The notes below the pieces were generated by a model. The model searched no databases and had not been told where the DNA came from. It saw only the letters and a program-made list of their open reading frames with translations. The translations under genes and the position numbers were made by a program. A stretch of DNA of 64,000 bases. It comes from an uncultured Bacteroidaceae bacterium. Its GTDB lineage: Bacteria > Bacteroidota > Bacteroidia > Bacteroidales > GCA-2748055. Positions 19,165 to 28,914 of the stretch are shown piece after piece. Within the stretch, counting starts at the first letter, position 1. Every line of letters begins with the position of its first letter. The stretch is from the NCBI GenBank assembly GCA_964528675.1, contig CAZGTU010000001.1:12679-76678 (forward strand). Direction: 5' to 3'.

Positions 19165-19342
19165 TTCTACTTTGACACATTAAAAAATCTTCCTGTTTTT
19201 TACCCTTAATCCGCCTTAGGCAGAACAGGAAGATTTTTATCCTTTCACCCTTCGTGCCTCCGCTAAAGCTTCAGTGACACGCGGAAGGGCCAGCGCAAAA
19301 AGGATAAAAATCTTTTTAAAGTCTTAATCTGTCAAAGTAGAA
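19165..19342. mobile_element. MITE-like non-autonomous element (178 bp) with 13-bp terminal inverted repeats and TTAC direct flanks
   Basis: TIRs are TTCTACTTTGACA (19165-19177) and TGTCAAAGTAGAA (19330-19342). TTAC occurs at 19161-19164 and 19343-19346. There is an internal 15-bp stem (19183-19197 pairing with 19224-19238). A diverged second copy lies at about 49013-49200. Confidence 0.5.
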
Positions 19343-19845
19343 TTACTTAATTCTCCGATAATTAATTAATAAGATATAAAAATCATGCCATATCATTGCC
19401 CGAAAAAACAGGGAATGGAAAAATATCTTCAGGAAATGACTTAGACGACAAACGGAAAGGAAACAAGTATATTTTTATTTTTTCCATTTTTTGGCCAGAG
19501 CTATGGCAACACTATCAAGAATGGTGGTAAAGAATCTGAAAATTTGCTATGCCTTAGAATCTGTAATAGTTGATTTTTTCAAAACATCAATATATCGTCA
19601 TTAACGGGAGCTTATATAAACTTCAATAAATAAATACAACCCCAGAGTTATTTCTTTCATCGCCTGTAGAATGTTTATTACAAAATGTGTAAATAATCAA
19701 CATAAGACCTCAGGTAAAGCTTCCACTCTAAAATCTCTGTAATTGCCCATACATCAGCAATGAATACCTGAATATCCAAAATATCTGTTTTTGGCATGAA
19801 TTTTAACCTGTATAAGACAAGTTAAACATTAAAATATCTATTATT

Positions 19846-20055
19846 ATGAAGAAAATGATAAAAGTAATTGAAGTAATAGCAGCATCAGACAAAGGCTTTA
19901 CAGAAGCAACCCAGGTCGCTGTTGCTGAAGCTTCCAAAACAGTAAAAAACATCAAATCTGTTTACATCAAAGAAATGAACGCTAATGTGGAAAATAACGA
20001 AATTGTTTCTTATGCAGTGAATGCAAAAGTTTCATTCGAGATTGACAAGCAGTAG
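19846..20055 (+). CDS. Dodecin family flavin-binding protein
   Basis: 69 aa. KVIEVIAAS..GF.EA...AV.EASKT.KNI....I, typical dodecin length and pattern. Confidence 0.75.
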   Translation: MKKMIKVIEVIAASDKGFTEATQVAVAEASKTVKNIKSVYIKEMNANVENNEIVSYAVNAKVSFEIDKQ

Positions 20056-20378
20056 TGTTTTCGATTACAGCACAGATTTATTACAACTGATGAATTATCC
20101 GGTCAGGGTTGTTTACTACTTCCCGGCTGGATAATTATTAATTTTTACCCCTCTATTCCCGAAAGTTCTCACTGGCCAGACCGAAGCTTCATTTTATCTC
20201 CCTTTTTTTTAATAAATGGCACTAAACCTCTGATTATAAACCTGGATCCTTGTCTTCAGAGAATAACTCCGAGGAACCGAGTTTACGAGCTTTGTAACCA
20301 TATACCTTTCCGCGAGCGCCAAAGCTACACTGCGGAGGCGCTTTGCAAACGCGAAAAGAGATTAAATAATACTGAACA

Positions 20379-22100
20379 ATGCCTGTTCACAATAAAGATA
20401 TCGCTGATATTCTATTCGAAGTAGCCGACTTTCTGGACCTTAAAGGAGAAAATGAGTTCAGAATCAGATCATACAGAGACGCTGCCCGCACCATTTCTGA
20501 AGGATCAGAAAGCATTGTAAAAAAAGCTCGCAATGAAGAAGATATTTCTTCCCTGCCGGGTATAGGAAAAAGCATGGCTGAAAAGATACGGGAAATCGCA
20601 AAAACCGGAACACTCAAACAACTGGAAAAAATCAAAGAAGATATTCCTCCCTCGCTTATAGATATAATGAAGCTTGAACAATTGGGTTCTGAGCGCACCA
20701 GAATATTGCACGAGAAACTGAACATTGAAACCATCGAAGATCTGAGGGAAGCGGCGGAAGAAGAAAAAGTTGAAAAGATAAAAGGCTTTGGCAAGAAGAT
20801 ACAAAAAAATATACTCCGTGAAATAAAAGAATTTTCAAAAAAAGGATAATCCAGACGTTTCAAACTCGCTGATGCAGTAAAATATGCATCATCAATCATA
20901 GAATATCTGGATAAAAAGACAGATAAGCTTACCCTCGCAGGTAGTACACGAAGGATGAAAGATAATATCGGGGATATTGATCTTGTTGCCACCAGCCGTG
21001 ATTCCAAAGAAGCAATGAAACATTTTACAGACTATGAAGATACAGATCATGTTCTGGCACATGGAGAAACAAAATCTTCCATCAAATTAAAGAATGGGCT
21101 TCGTATCGACTTGCGTCTGGTTAGTAAACGTTCGCTTGGAGCGGCCATCTTGTATTTTACCGGTTCGAGAGCTCATACCCTCGCCCTACGTAAACTGGCC
21201 CAGGGCAAAGACCTGAAGCTTAGCGAATATGGCCTGTTTAAAGGGAAGAAAAGAGTGGCCGGAAAAACGGAAACAAGAATTTATAAAAAACTGGGCTTAC
21301 AATTCATAGAACCTGAATTAAGAGAGAATAAGGGGGAAATTAATGCCGCTGCGAAAAATAAGCTTCCCGATCTGATTCATATACAAGACATTAAAGGAGA
21401 TCTTCACACCCATACAAAAGCCTCTGACGGCAAATACAGTCTTGAAAAAATGGTAAAAAAAGCAAAAGATATGGGTTATGAATATTACGCCATTTCAGAA
21501 CATTCAAAGAAAGTGGCAATGGCGAACGGGCTGACCGAAAAAAGGCTCAGAAATCAAATGGAAGAAATTGACCGGCTCAACGAAAAAATGAAAAAGATAA
21601 AAATATTAAAATCCATTGAAGTCGATATCCTTGAAGACGGCAAACTGGATTTTTCCAATGATATCTTAAAGGAACTGGACCTGGTCATCTGTTCCATCCA
21701 TTATAACCTTAATCTTTCCAAAGAAAAGCAGACAAAACGAATAGTAAAAGCCATGGATAATCCTTACTTCAATATTCTTGCCCACCCGACCGGCAGAAGG
21801 ATAGGAGAAAGAGATGAGATAAACATCGATCTGGATAAAATAATGAATGAGGCCGGGAAAAAGAACTGCTTCCTGGAAATTAACTCCCATCCCGACAGGC
21901 TTGATCTCAGGGATAAATATATCCGGATGGCCAAAGAGAAAGGAGTAAAAATGGCTATATCCACCGACGCCCACTCAAAAGCCAATCTGGAAAATATGCG
22001 ATATGGCGTAGCCCAGGCACGCAGAGGATGGCTGGAGAAAAATGATGTGATAAACACCCGTTCATGGAAGGAATTAAAAAAGCTTTTGAAAAGAAATTAA
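20379..22100 (+). pseudogene. polX: DNA polymerase X with C-terminal PHP phosphoesterase domain, interrupted by one in-frame TAA (20847-20849)
   Basis: ORFs 20379-20849 and 20955-22100 are in the same frame, and translation across the gap is continuous (..SKKG*SRRFKLADAVKYASSIIEYL..AGSTRRMKDNIGDIDLV). The N-terminal HhH 8-kDa/fingers region, the GDIDLV catalytic aspartates and the PHP motif GDLHTHT are all intact. Confidence 0.8.
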
Positions 22101-22106
22101 ATACCC

Positions 22107-24173
22107 ATGGCCTCAAATCCATATAAAAAAACTCCATTTCCTGAGTTTGAAAAGCTCAACAGCCTATCAAAAAAACAGGCAGAAAAAGAGATCAGACAAC
22201 TGAGAGATGCCATAAATTATCATGATCACAGGTATTATATTAAAAATGATCCCGTGATTTCCGATAAAGCCTACGATACTTTGCTTCACAGGCTTGAGGA
22301 AATTGAAGACAAATACCCGGACCTGAAAACGGAAACTTCCCCTACACAAAAAGTCGGGGCACCCCCCGTTGACAAATTGAAAAAGAAAGAGCATAAAGCC
22401 ATTATGCTCAGTCTTAATTCCTCTGATAAAGAGAAAAAGATCAGGGAATTCATTGATTCCGTCAAAAAACTCACCGGACTAAAAAAACCGGAACTGGTAC
22501 TGGAACCAAAACTGGATGGATTGTCTGTAGAAGTTTATTACGAAAATGGCCGCTTTTCTTATGCAACCACCCGCGGAGATGGAAAAACGGGTGAGGATAT
22601 ATCTGAAAATGTAAAAACCATTTCCTCGCTCCCCCTTCAATTACGCAATAATGATTATCCGAATTCCATTGCTTTTCGAGGTGAGATTTTCATGCCCCTG
22701 GATGCCTTCCGTAAAATCAACAAAGAAAAGATCGAAAAAAATGAAGATCCTTTTGCCAATGCAAGAAATGCTGCTGCCGGTATTGTAAGGCAACTCGATT
22801 CGAAAAAAGTTGCAAAAATGCCGCTCGATATCTTTTTCTATGAAATAATGGCTTCCAATGAAGACGGGGTTAAAAGTCATTACGAAATGTTGAAAAAACT
22901 CCCGGAATGGGGACTGAAAACAAATACCATTGTCGAAAAGTGTGATAGCTTTAAAAAAATAAAATCTTACTATTCTGATTTATCTAAAAAAAGAGATGAA
23001 CTTTCCTTTGAGATTGATGGCATAGTCATTAAATTGAATGATCGGAAGTTAAGAGAAAAAGCAGGCATAAGGGAAAGGTCTCCCCGTTGGGCCTATGCCT
23101 GGAAATTCACGCCAAAAAAAGAAAAAACCATTCTGCGTGATATTGTCATCCAGGTAGGAAGAACAGGAACACTTACCCCGGTAGCACTCTTTGATCCGGT
23201 GGATGTTGGAGGAGTTACCGTAAGCCGGGCAACTTTGCATAATGAAGAAGAGGTGAAGAAAAAAGATGTGAGAACAGGTGATAAAGTCCTGATCCAGAGA
23301 GCAGGTGATGTGATCCCTGAAGTGGTGAAAAGAGTTGAAAAAGCCGGAAAAGGAAGAGGAAAAGCTTTTGAAATGCCATCAAAATGCCCTGTGTGCAACA
23401 CAAAAATTAAAAAAGAAGGGGCTTATAATATTTGTCCTGCAGGTCTTGCCTGTGAAGCCCAGCTCAAAGGAACATTATCCCATTTTGTTTCAAAAGGAGC
23501 CATGAACATTGAAAATATGGGTGAAAAGAATATCTCTATGTTAGTGGATGAAGGCATGGTAAAAAGCATTGCGGATATTTACAAACTGAAAAAACCGGAT
23601 ATCATGAAGCTGGAAGGATTTGGAGAAAAATCTGCTGAAAAACTGATTGACGCCATCCGGAATTCCCGCAATCCTGCCCTTTCCGATTTTATTTATGCAC
23701 TTGGAATCAGGCATACAGGAAAACATATTGCCCTTTTGCTTGCCGGTCATTTTCACAGTCTGAAAAATATCCGAAAAGCAAGTTTCAGGGAAATCAGATC
23801 CATTCATGAGATTGGAGATGAAATTGCTGAAAGCATCATTAATTTCTTCGATGCAGAAAAAAACCAAAAAATGCTGGATGAGCTTCAAGATCTGGGCGTG
23901 AGAGTAAAAACAGAGAAAGGGAAAAAATCCGACCAGCTTTCCGGAAAAACTTTTGTTATAACTGGTAAGCTTGAAAGATATTCAAGGGATGAAATCAAAG
24001 AAAAGATTGAAACACTGGGTGGAAATGCCACGTCGAGCATAAGCAGCAATACAGATTATCTAATTGTTGGTGAAGATCCCGGCAGCAAGCTTGATGATGC
24101 AAAAGAGAACAATGTTCAGATAATTAATGAGGATGAATTCAATAAGATGATTGAATCCAAAAACAAAAAATAA
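22107..24173 (+). CDS. ligA: NAD+-dependent DNA ligase
   Basis: 688 aa. Adenylation motif EPKLDGLS, OB fold, Zn finger (CPVCNT...CPAGLAC), HhH repeats and a C-terminal BRCT domain. Starts 6 nt after the PolX stop. Confidence 0.95.
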   Translation: MASNPYKKTPFPEFEKLNSLSKKQAEKEIRQLRDAINYHDHRYYIKNDPVISDKAYDTLLHRLEEIEDKYPDLKTETSPTQKVGAPPVDKLKKKEHKAIMLSLNSSDKEKKIREFIDSVKKLTGLKKPELVLEPKLDGLSVEVYYENGRFSYATTRGDGKTGEDISENVKTISSLPLQLRNNDYPNSIAFRGEIFMPLDAFRKINKEKIEKNEDPFANARNAAAGIVRQLDSKKVAKMPLDIFFYEIMASNEDGVKSHYEMLKKLPEWGLKTNTIVEKCDSFKKIKSYYSDLSKKRDELSFEIDGIVIKLNDRKLREKAGIRERSPRWAYAWKFTPKKEKTILRDIVIQVGRTGTLTPVALFDPVDVGGVTVSRATLHNEEEVKKKDVRTGDKVLIQRAGDVIPEVVKRVEKAGKGRGKAFEMPSKCPVCNTKIKKEGAYNICPAGLACEAQLKGTLSHFVSKGAMNIENMGEKNISMLVDEGMVKSIADIYKLKKPDIMKLEGFGEKSAEKLIDAIRNSRNPALSDFIYALGIRHTGKHIALLLAGHFHSLKNIRKASFREIRSIHEIGDEIAESIINFFDAEKNQKMLDELQDLGVRVKTEKGKKSDQLSGKTFVITGKLERYSRDEIKEKIETLGGNATSSISSNTDYLIVGEDPGSKLDDAKENNVQIINEDEFNKMIESKNKK

Positions 24174-24189
24174 AGGAAAAGTCCCGGTA

Positions 24190-24651
24190 CTAAAGCCGGA
24201 ACTTCCCCATATATTCTGCTTCATCTAATATATAACCATCTATTGCTTCAAGAAAATCATCACGACTGTTTATGGATTCCCTGGGAATTTGCCGGTTAAG
24301 TGCATAAATTTTGAAAAAATACCGGTGTTCTTCACCTTTTGGAGGACAGGGTCCTCCGTAACCAATCTTTCCAAAGTCATTTTTCGCCTGGATAGCTCCA
24401 TTCTCGAGATGTTTTTCAATGGGAATTACTTTCTCCAGTTCATGACAATCATCCGGAAGGTTATAAACCATCCAGTGTGTAAAGGTTCCTCCCGGAGCAT
24501 CCGGATCTTCCATGATAAGGGCAAATGTTTCTGTTCCTTTGGGTTCGCCGTCCCACCTCATTAAGGGAGAAGTATCATCTCCTTTACATGAATGTACTTC
24601 AGGGATGGAGGCTCCCTGTTCAAATGCAGGTGTTATTAAAGTAAATGCCAT
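24190..24651 (-). CDS. YbhB/YbcL family Raf-kinase-inhibitor-like (PEBP) protein
   Basis: 153 aa. Contains DPDAPGGTFTHW and GYGGPCPP..EHRY. Confidence 0.85.
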   Translation of the reverse strand: MAFTLITPAFEQGASIPEVHSCKGDDTSPLMRWDGEPKGTETFALIMEDPDAPGGTFTHWMVYNLPDDCHELEKVIPIEKHLENGAIQAKNDFGKIGYGGPCPPKGEEHRYFFKIYALNRQIPRESINSRDDFLEAIDGYILDEAEYMGKFRL

Positions 24652-24672
24652 ATTTTTTTCCTTTCCTTTAGT

Positions 24673-25305
24673 TTATTGCATTCGTTCTCTTCCAAGATTA
24701 TAAAACATCAAACCTACATTGATATTTATATAACCCTGGTTATCCAATTCCTGGTTTTTAAATACATAGTTATAACGGGCACCAACATTGACCCTGATAT
24801 TGCTGGTAATCGGGATCAACACTCCGGCCTCAGGCTGCAATCCAAAACTCCAGTTATAGTTATTGGTGAAGGTATAGAGGCCTAAATCTGTCCGTTTTTG
24901 AAAATAATAAGCTCCGACTCCTAATTTCCCATAAGGCAGAACCCTGCTCTCCTCGCCCATAAAATTATACTGGAAAGTGGCCAGAGCGGGGAATGAATTC
25001 ATGTATCTGAACTGTTTCCCATAAACCGTGATATTTTCATCTGTATAGGTATCTTTTTCAAGTTCATCATAGAAAGTATGCAATCCTACCTTCAGACCAA
25101 TTGCGATCCTGCTGGTGAGGTGATGACCGAATTCAAAACTTCCACCACGGAAACTGGTCGGAATATAATCGGCTGTTTCACCGGTGGCAATGGAATAATC
25201 ATAAGTGAGCTGAATGTGATTTTGGGCAGATGCTTCAAAGTTGAATAGTCCAACTGCTATAAGGACAGCAAATATACCGATTTGAATTTTCTTTAGTAAT
25301 TTCAT
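24673..25305 (-). CDS. Outer-membrane beta-barrel (porin-family) protein
   Basis: The ORF extends to 25350, but MKLLKKIQIGIFAVLIAVGLF..ASAQ at 25305 is a credible signal peptide. Alternating aromatic beta-strand pattern with a C-terminal F/Y-rich strand. Confidence 0.6.
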   Translation of the reverse strand: MKLLKKIQIGIFAVLIAVGLFNFEASAQNHIQLTYDYSIATGETADYIPTSFRGGSFEFGHHLTSRIAIGLKVGLHTFYDELEKDTYTDENITVYGKQFRYMNSFPALATFQYNFMGEESRVLPYGKLGVGAYYFQKRTDLGLYTFTNNYNWSFGLQPEAGVLIPITSNIRVNVGARYNYVFKNQELDNQGYININVGLMFYNLGRERMQ

Positions 25306-25367
25306 ATCTGTAATTTTTTTATTGTTTCTTTTTATTGGGTTAAAGATCAAATTCCAAATCTGAACTC

Positions 25368-26075
25368 TTATTCATATAAATAGGGAGACTGATCAAATGC
25401 CTGTTCAATTCCGTCTCTGATACGTTCCTCTGTATTGCTGTAAGATAATTCAGCAAGCCCGTTCAGCACAGCCATCCATCGCACAGTATAGGAAACCTCT
25501 CCATTCCCTTCGTCAACGTTATAAGGTTCTGAGGGATCAACCATTTCAATAATAACAGTACCTACAGAGTAGGAATAAGAAATTGGATAGCCCCATGGAT
25601 AGTAATTATTCCAGTAATAACCGGGATAATAATAATTAAGTCCGTAATAACCTCCCCAATAATCATATCCATAATTGTAGTAATCATAATAATAGTCAGT
25701 ATATGAAACTGTTGCACGCGATGCCAGAAGGACTACAGCATTATTCATTTTTGTCTCATCCATAGTGTCAGCAGGTACCAACTGAGTATAACCGGCATTT
25801 TCCATCTGGAATGCAATTTCATCAAGAATAGCATTATCAAGCTGGATTTCATCATCGGTTTTCACATAATCTTCATCGGCTGTAATAATGGGAACGGTAT
25901 CGGCCAGCAAGAAATTATTCCGGGTGCCAAAATCAAATCCAACATCATATTGTGTCTGCACAACATCTAGGTCTGCAACATTTTCAGCCTCATCCGGATA
26001 ACAGGATGTAAGGAGTAAAGAAGTGATTAAACCGAACATCCCCAAATACATAATTTTATTTCTCATAATCATCAT
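25368..26075 (-). CDS. Lipoprotein, DUF4136-like, with an extreme Tyr/Gly/Trp-rich insert
   Basis: 235 aa. Lipobox LLLTSC. Contains the segment YYYDYYNYGYDYWGGYYGLNYYYPGYYWNNYYPWGYP. Confidence 0.45.
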   Translation of the reverse strand: MMIMRNKIMYLGMFGLITSLLLTSCYPDEAENVADLDVVQTQYDVGFDFGTRNNFLLADTVPIITADEDYVKTDDEIQLDNAILDEIAFQMENAGYTQLVPADTMDETKMNNAVVLLASRATVSYTDYYYDYYNYGYDYWGGYYGLNYYYPGYYWNNYYPWGYPISYSYSVGTVIIEMVDPSEPYNVDEGNGEVSYTVRWMAVLNGLAELSYSNTEERIRDGIEQAFDQSPYLYE

Positions 26076-26119
26076 TTTTTTTGCTTTATAATCATTATTT
26101 GTGTTATCAATAAAATCCC

Positions 26120-26911
26120 TTAAATCTTTTGTTTTACAACTTTTATCACACTTTCCATTTCATCATCTGATATTTCAAAATCAAAAATGTCCAGATTTTC
26201 TTTTCTGTGATCTTCACTGGAAGCTTTTGGGATAACGGATACATTTCCAAGTTGAATAAGCCATCTCAAGATTACCTGGGAAGCACTTTTATCATATTTT
26301 TCTCCCAGGTCCCGAAAAGTATTATCTTTTACAGCCTGCCCCTGCTCCAGAGGACTGTATGCAGTGAGGGTCTTTCCTGTTTCTTTTATGGTTTCCAGGA
26401 TTTCAAAGGCCGGACTGTACGGACTGAATTTTACCTGGTTATTAGCCACAGGACCAATATTCGTAGACTCTCTGAATAATTCCGGGCTGAAATTACTTAC
26501 ACCAACAAATCTCACTTTCTCTTTATCAACCAGTTCAAACATGGTGTCAAGACACTCCCTTAAATCCATAGATGCTGTTGGCCAATGAATTAACAGCAGG
26601 TCAACATAATCTGCATCCAGTTTTTTAAGGCTGTCTTCAAAGGATGATCGGATCCCTGGAGATGTTAAATTTCCAGAAGCAACTTTTGTAGTTATAAATA
26701 CATCCTCCCGATCTACACCACTTTGCTTCAATCCTTTTCCTACTTCTCCTTCATTTCCGTAATTCTGGGCAGTGTCCAGATGCCTGTAACCCATTTCTAA
26801 GCCACTTTGAACACTTTCAGTGCAGGTATTTCCTCTCATGTTCCAGGTTCCAAGGCCTATTACAGGGATGATATCCTTAATTTTTGTTTCGGGTGAAAAC
26901 ATAGTATTCAA
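26120..26911 (-). CDS. Aldo/keto reductase (2,5-diketo-D-gluconate reductase-like)
   Basis: 263 aa. Contains GYRHLDTAQNYGNE, LLIHWP and IPKAS..HRKEN. Confidence 0.85.
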   Translation of the reverse strand: MNTMFSPETKIKDIIPVIGLGTWNMRGNTCTESVQSGLEMGYRHLDTAQNYGNEGEVGKGLKQSGVDREDVFITTKVASGNLTSPGIRSSFEDSLKKLDADYVDLLLIHWPTASMDLRECLDTMFELVDKEKVRFVGVSNFSPELFRESTNIGPVANNQVKFSPYSPAFEILETIKETGKTLTAYSPLEQGQAVKDNTFRDLGEKYDKSASQVILRWLIQLGNVSVIPKASSEDHRKENLDIFDFEISDDEMESVIKVVKQKI

Positions 26912-26933
26912 TGATTTTTAATAATTCTTCTAC

Positions 26934-27611
26934 TTATCCAATAGTCACATTATTGACAATCCCTCTTACACCAGGGATATAAAGTAAAGCATCGTGAGCA
27001 GCATTAGCAGCAGCATAGTCCTGAACATTTCCTGAAATGGTAACAAGCCCACGATCAATGGATACCTCTATATCATCGGTATTTACCAGCGGATCAGCAT
27101 CGAGGGCATCATAAATGTTATCAGCAATCATTTCATCATTCACATCATGACGAGTGTTCACAACTAAATTGTTTCTGACTTCATTCACTCCATTTACATT
27201 TGAAGCTATTTCTTCTGCCAGCTTCAATTCATGATAAGTGTAAACAGAACCATTTAATTCCACTACCCCCTTGTCAACCACAACGTTGATATCATTAGAA
27301 TTTACCTGGGTGTTCCAGATAAGAAAAGACCTAACGCTTTCTTCAATTTGAAGATCCCCAGGCTGCTGATAGCTTTCAGGTCGTTCAACCTGAAGCTGAT
27401 TATCCACAGTTTTAACCCCCATTACCATGTATGCATCATTTTCAGCTGCGCGAAATGCATCAAAGCTTCTTACCATTCCTTCCAGGATGACGCTGGTGCC
27501 GGTAACATTCACTGTTATATCACTATCTTGAATACGATTGTCTCTTCGAAGATACTTTTCAACCTTAGTTTTAAGTTCACCTTCAGATCGGATAATTTCT
27601 TTTCTTCTCAT
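26934..27611 (-). CDS. BON domain-containing protein (three BON repeats, OsmY-like)
   Basis: 225 aa. Three repeats of the pattern I.V.V..G.V.L.G.V......A......V.GV..V.N.L.V. Confidence 0.75.
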   Translation of the reverse strand: MRRKEIIRSEGELKTKVEKYLRRDNRIQDSDITVNVTGTSVILEGMVRSFDAFRAAENDAYMVMGVKTVDNQLQVERPESYQQPGDLQIEESVRSFLIWNTQVNSNDINVVVDKGVVELNGSVYTYHELKLAEEIASNVNGVNEVRNNLVVNTRHDVNDEMIADNIYDALDADPLVNTDDIEVSIDRGLVTISGNVQDYAAANAAHDALLYIPGVRGIVNNVTIG

Positions 27612-27935
27612 TATTTTCCTCCTTTTTTCTCAGTTTAATTATCAATCATCCTTTTACTATAGTTTCAACAATTAAACCAATCAGGTTAAAAAGACATTTA
27701 TATAACTTTTGTTTAAAAATGACGCGGGTTGAGCCCTGTATATCAGTACCTTAATTCAATCAAGCCTATTGAATAAAAAACTTTCTTAGTGTGGATATTG
27801 CGCACAGATATGGGGTATTATTCATCACGATTGATAAATAATACACCACATTAGAAATATCATATAATGATTACAGATCAATTCCCTGTATAAATTGTTA
27901 GACTTAATGAAGACATTAAATCCATAAAAATCAAT

Positions 27936-28811
27936 ATGTTCGAAAAATACCTAACCAAACCAATGCAATCGATTAACCTAAGAGACTATGATCCCGCATA
28001 TATTGAATCGGGATTGACAAAGATCCAGGGGAAAAACAGAATGAAAAAAAACAGGAATGGGATTGCTGAACTACAGGATATATTATATGCCTATGATCGT
28101 TATTCCATCTTAATTATTTTCCAGGCCCTGGATGCAGCAGGGAAGGATAGTACAGTTAAGCATGTTTTCAGGAAGGTCAGGCCACAGGGGATTCGTTGTA
28201 TAAATTTTTATCCTCCTTCAAAAGAAGAAAACAAACATGACTATTTATGGAGAATACATAAATACATACCGGAGAGGAGAATGATCAGCATATTTATTCG
28301 CTCTTATTATGAAGAAGTTACAACAACCCGGGTTCATCCTGAATACATACTGAAACAGAAAATTCCGGGTATTGATTCGATTGATGATATTAATGATAGT
28401 TTCTGGACTCAACGTTTCAATCAAATCAACGATTTTGAGAAGTTGCTGATTGAGAATGGTACCATTATCCTCAAATTTTATCTCAATGTATCGGAAGCCA
28501 AACAAAACAAGCGGTTTTTGAAACGTTTAAGAAGATCCGATAAACACTGGAAGTTCTCCGAAAAAGACATTGATGATCAAAATTTAAGAGACAAATACCT
28601 CGATGCATATGAGAAGGCTATCAATCACACCAGCACTCAATATGCACCCTGGCACATTATTCCAGCCGACCGAAAATGGTTCATGCGCTACCTTGTGAGT
28701 AAAATAATCCTGCAAAAACTACAGGATCTGGATTTAAAATATCCCGAATTATCCTTAAGCCCTGAGAGAGACATTGAAGAAATAAGGCAGAAGCTAAAGC
28801 AAAAAACATAG
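27936..28811 (+). CDS. Polyphosphate kinase 2 (PPK2) family protein
   Basis: 291 aa. Contains ILIIFQALDAAGKDSTVKHVF (P-loop), YLWRIHKYIPERRMISIFIRSYYEE and PWHIIPADRKW. Confidence 0.85.
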   Translation: MFEKYLTKPMQSINLRDYDPAYIESGLTKIQGKNRMKKNRNGIAELQDILYAYDRYSILIIFQALDAAGKDSTVKHVFRKVRPQGIRCINFYPPSKEENKHDYLWRIHKYIPERRMISIFIRSYYEEVTTTRVHPEYILKQKIPGIDSIDDINDSFWTQRFNQINDFEKLLIENGTIILKFYLNVSEAKQNKRFLKRLRRSDKHWKFSEKDIDDQNLRDKYLDAYEKAINHTSTQYAPWHIIPADRKWFMRYLVSKIILQKLQDLDLKYPELSLSPERDIEEIRQKLKQKT

Positions 28812-28888
28812 GCCCCTCGTTATCACACCTGATTCTCAGTTGACAGTTCTCCAGGGGCGATTAAACGATTATACCATTAAACGATGAG

Positions 28889-28914
28889 CCCACTCCGAAA
28901 AATGATTATTATGG
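28889..28914 (-). repeat. Dispersed core motif, copy d (reverse orientation): CCATAATAATCATTTTTCGGAGTGGG
   Basis: The plus strand reads CCCACTCCGAAAAATGATTATTATGG. It is preceded by a TTAAACGAT stutter, as in copy a, and lies about 80 nt after the PPK2 stop. Confidence 0.55.

Noticed and set aside
20847-20849. Stop-codon reassignment (alternative genetic code) as the explanation for the in-frame TAA, TGA and TAG.
   Set aside because: All three codons also terminate well-conserved genes at the expected positions in this window (TGA for the ALDH at 181, TAA for ligA at 24171-24173, TAG for PPK2 at 28809-28811).
20387-21007. 206-aa ORF antisense to PolX. Many similar antisense ORFs occur inside long genes (e.g. 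272-628, 854-1210, 7259-7690, 10045-10440, 23093-23401, 37043-37450).
   Set aside because: They lie entirely within well-supported genes on the opposite strand. Their translations are low-complexity (S/L/F/I-rich) and contain no recognisable motifs. They are typical shadow ORFs.
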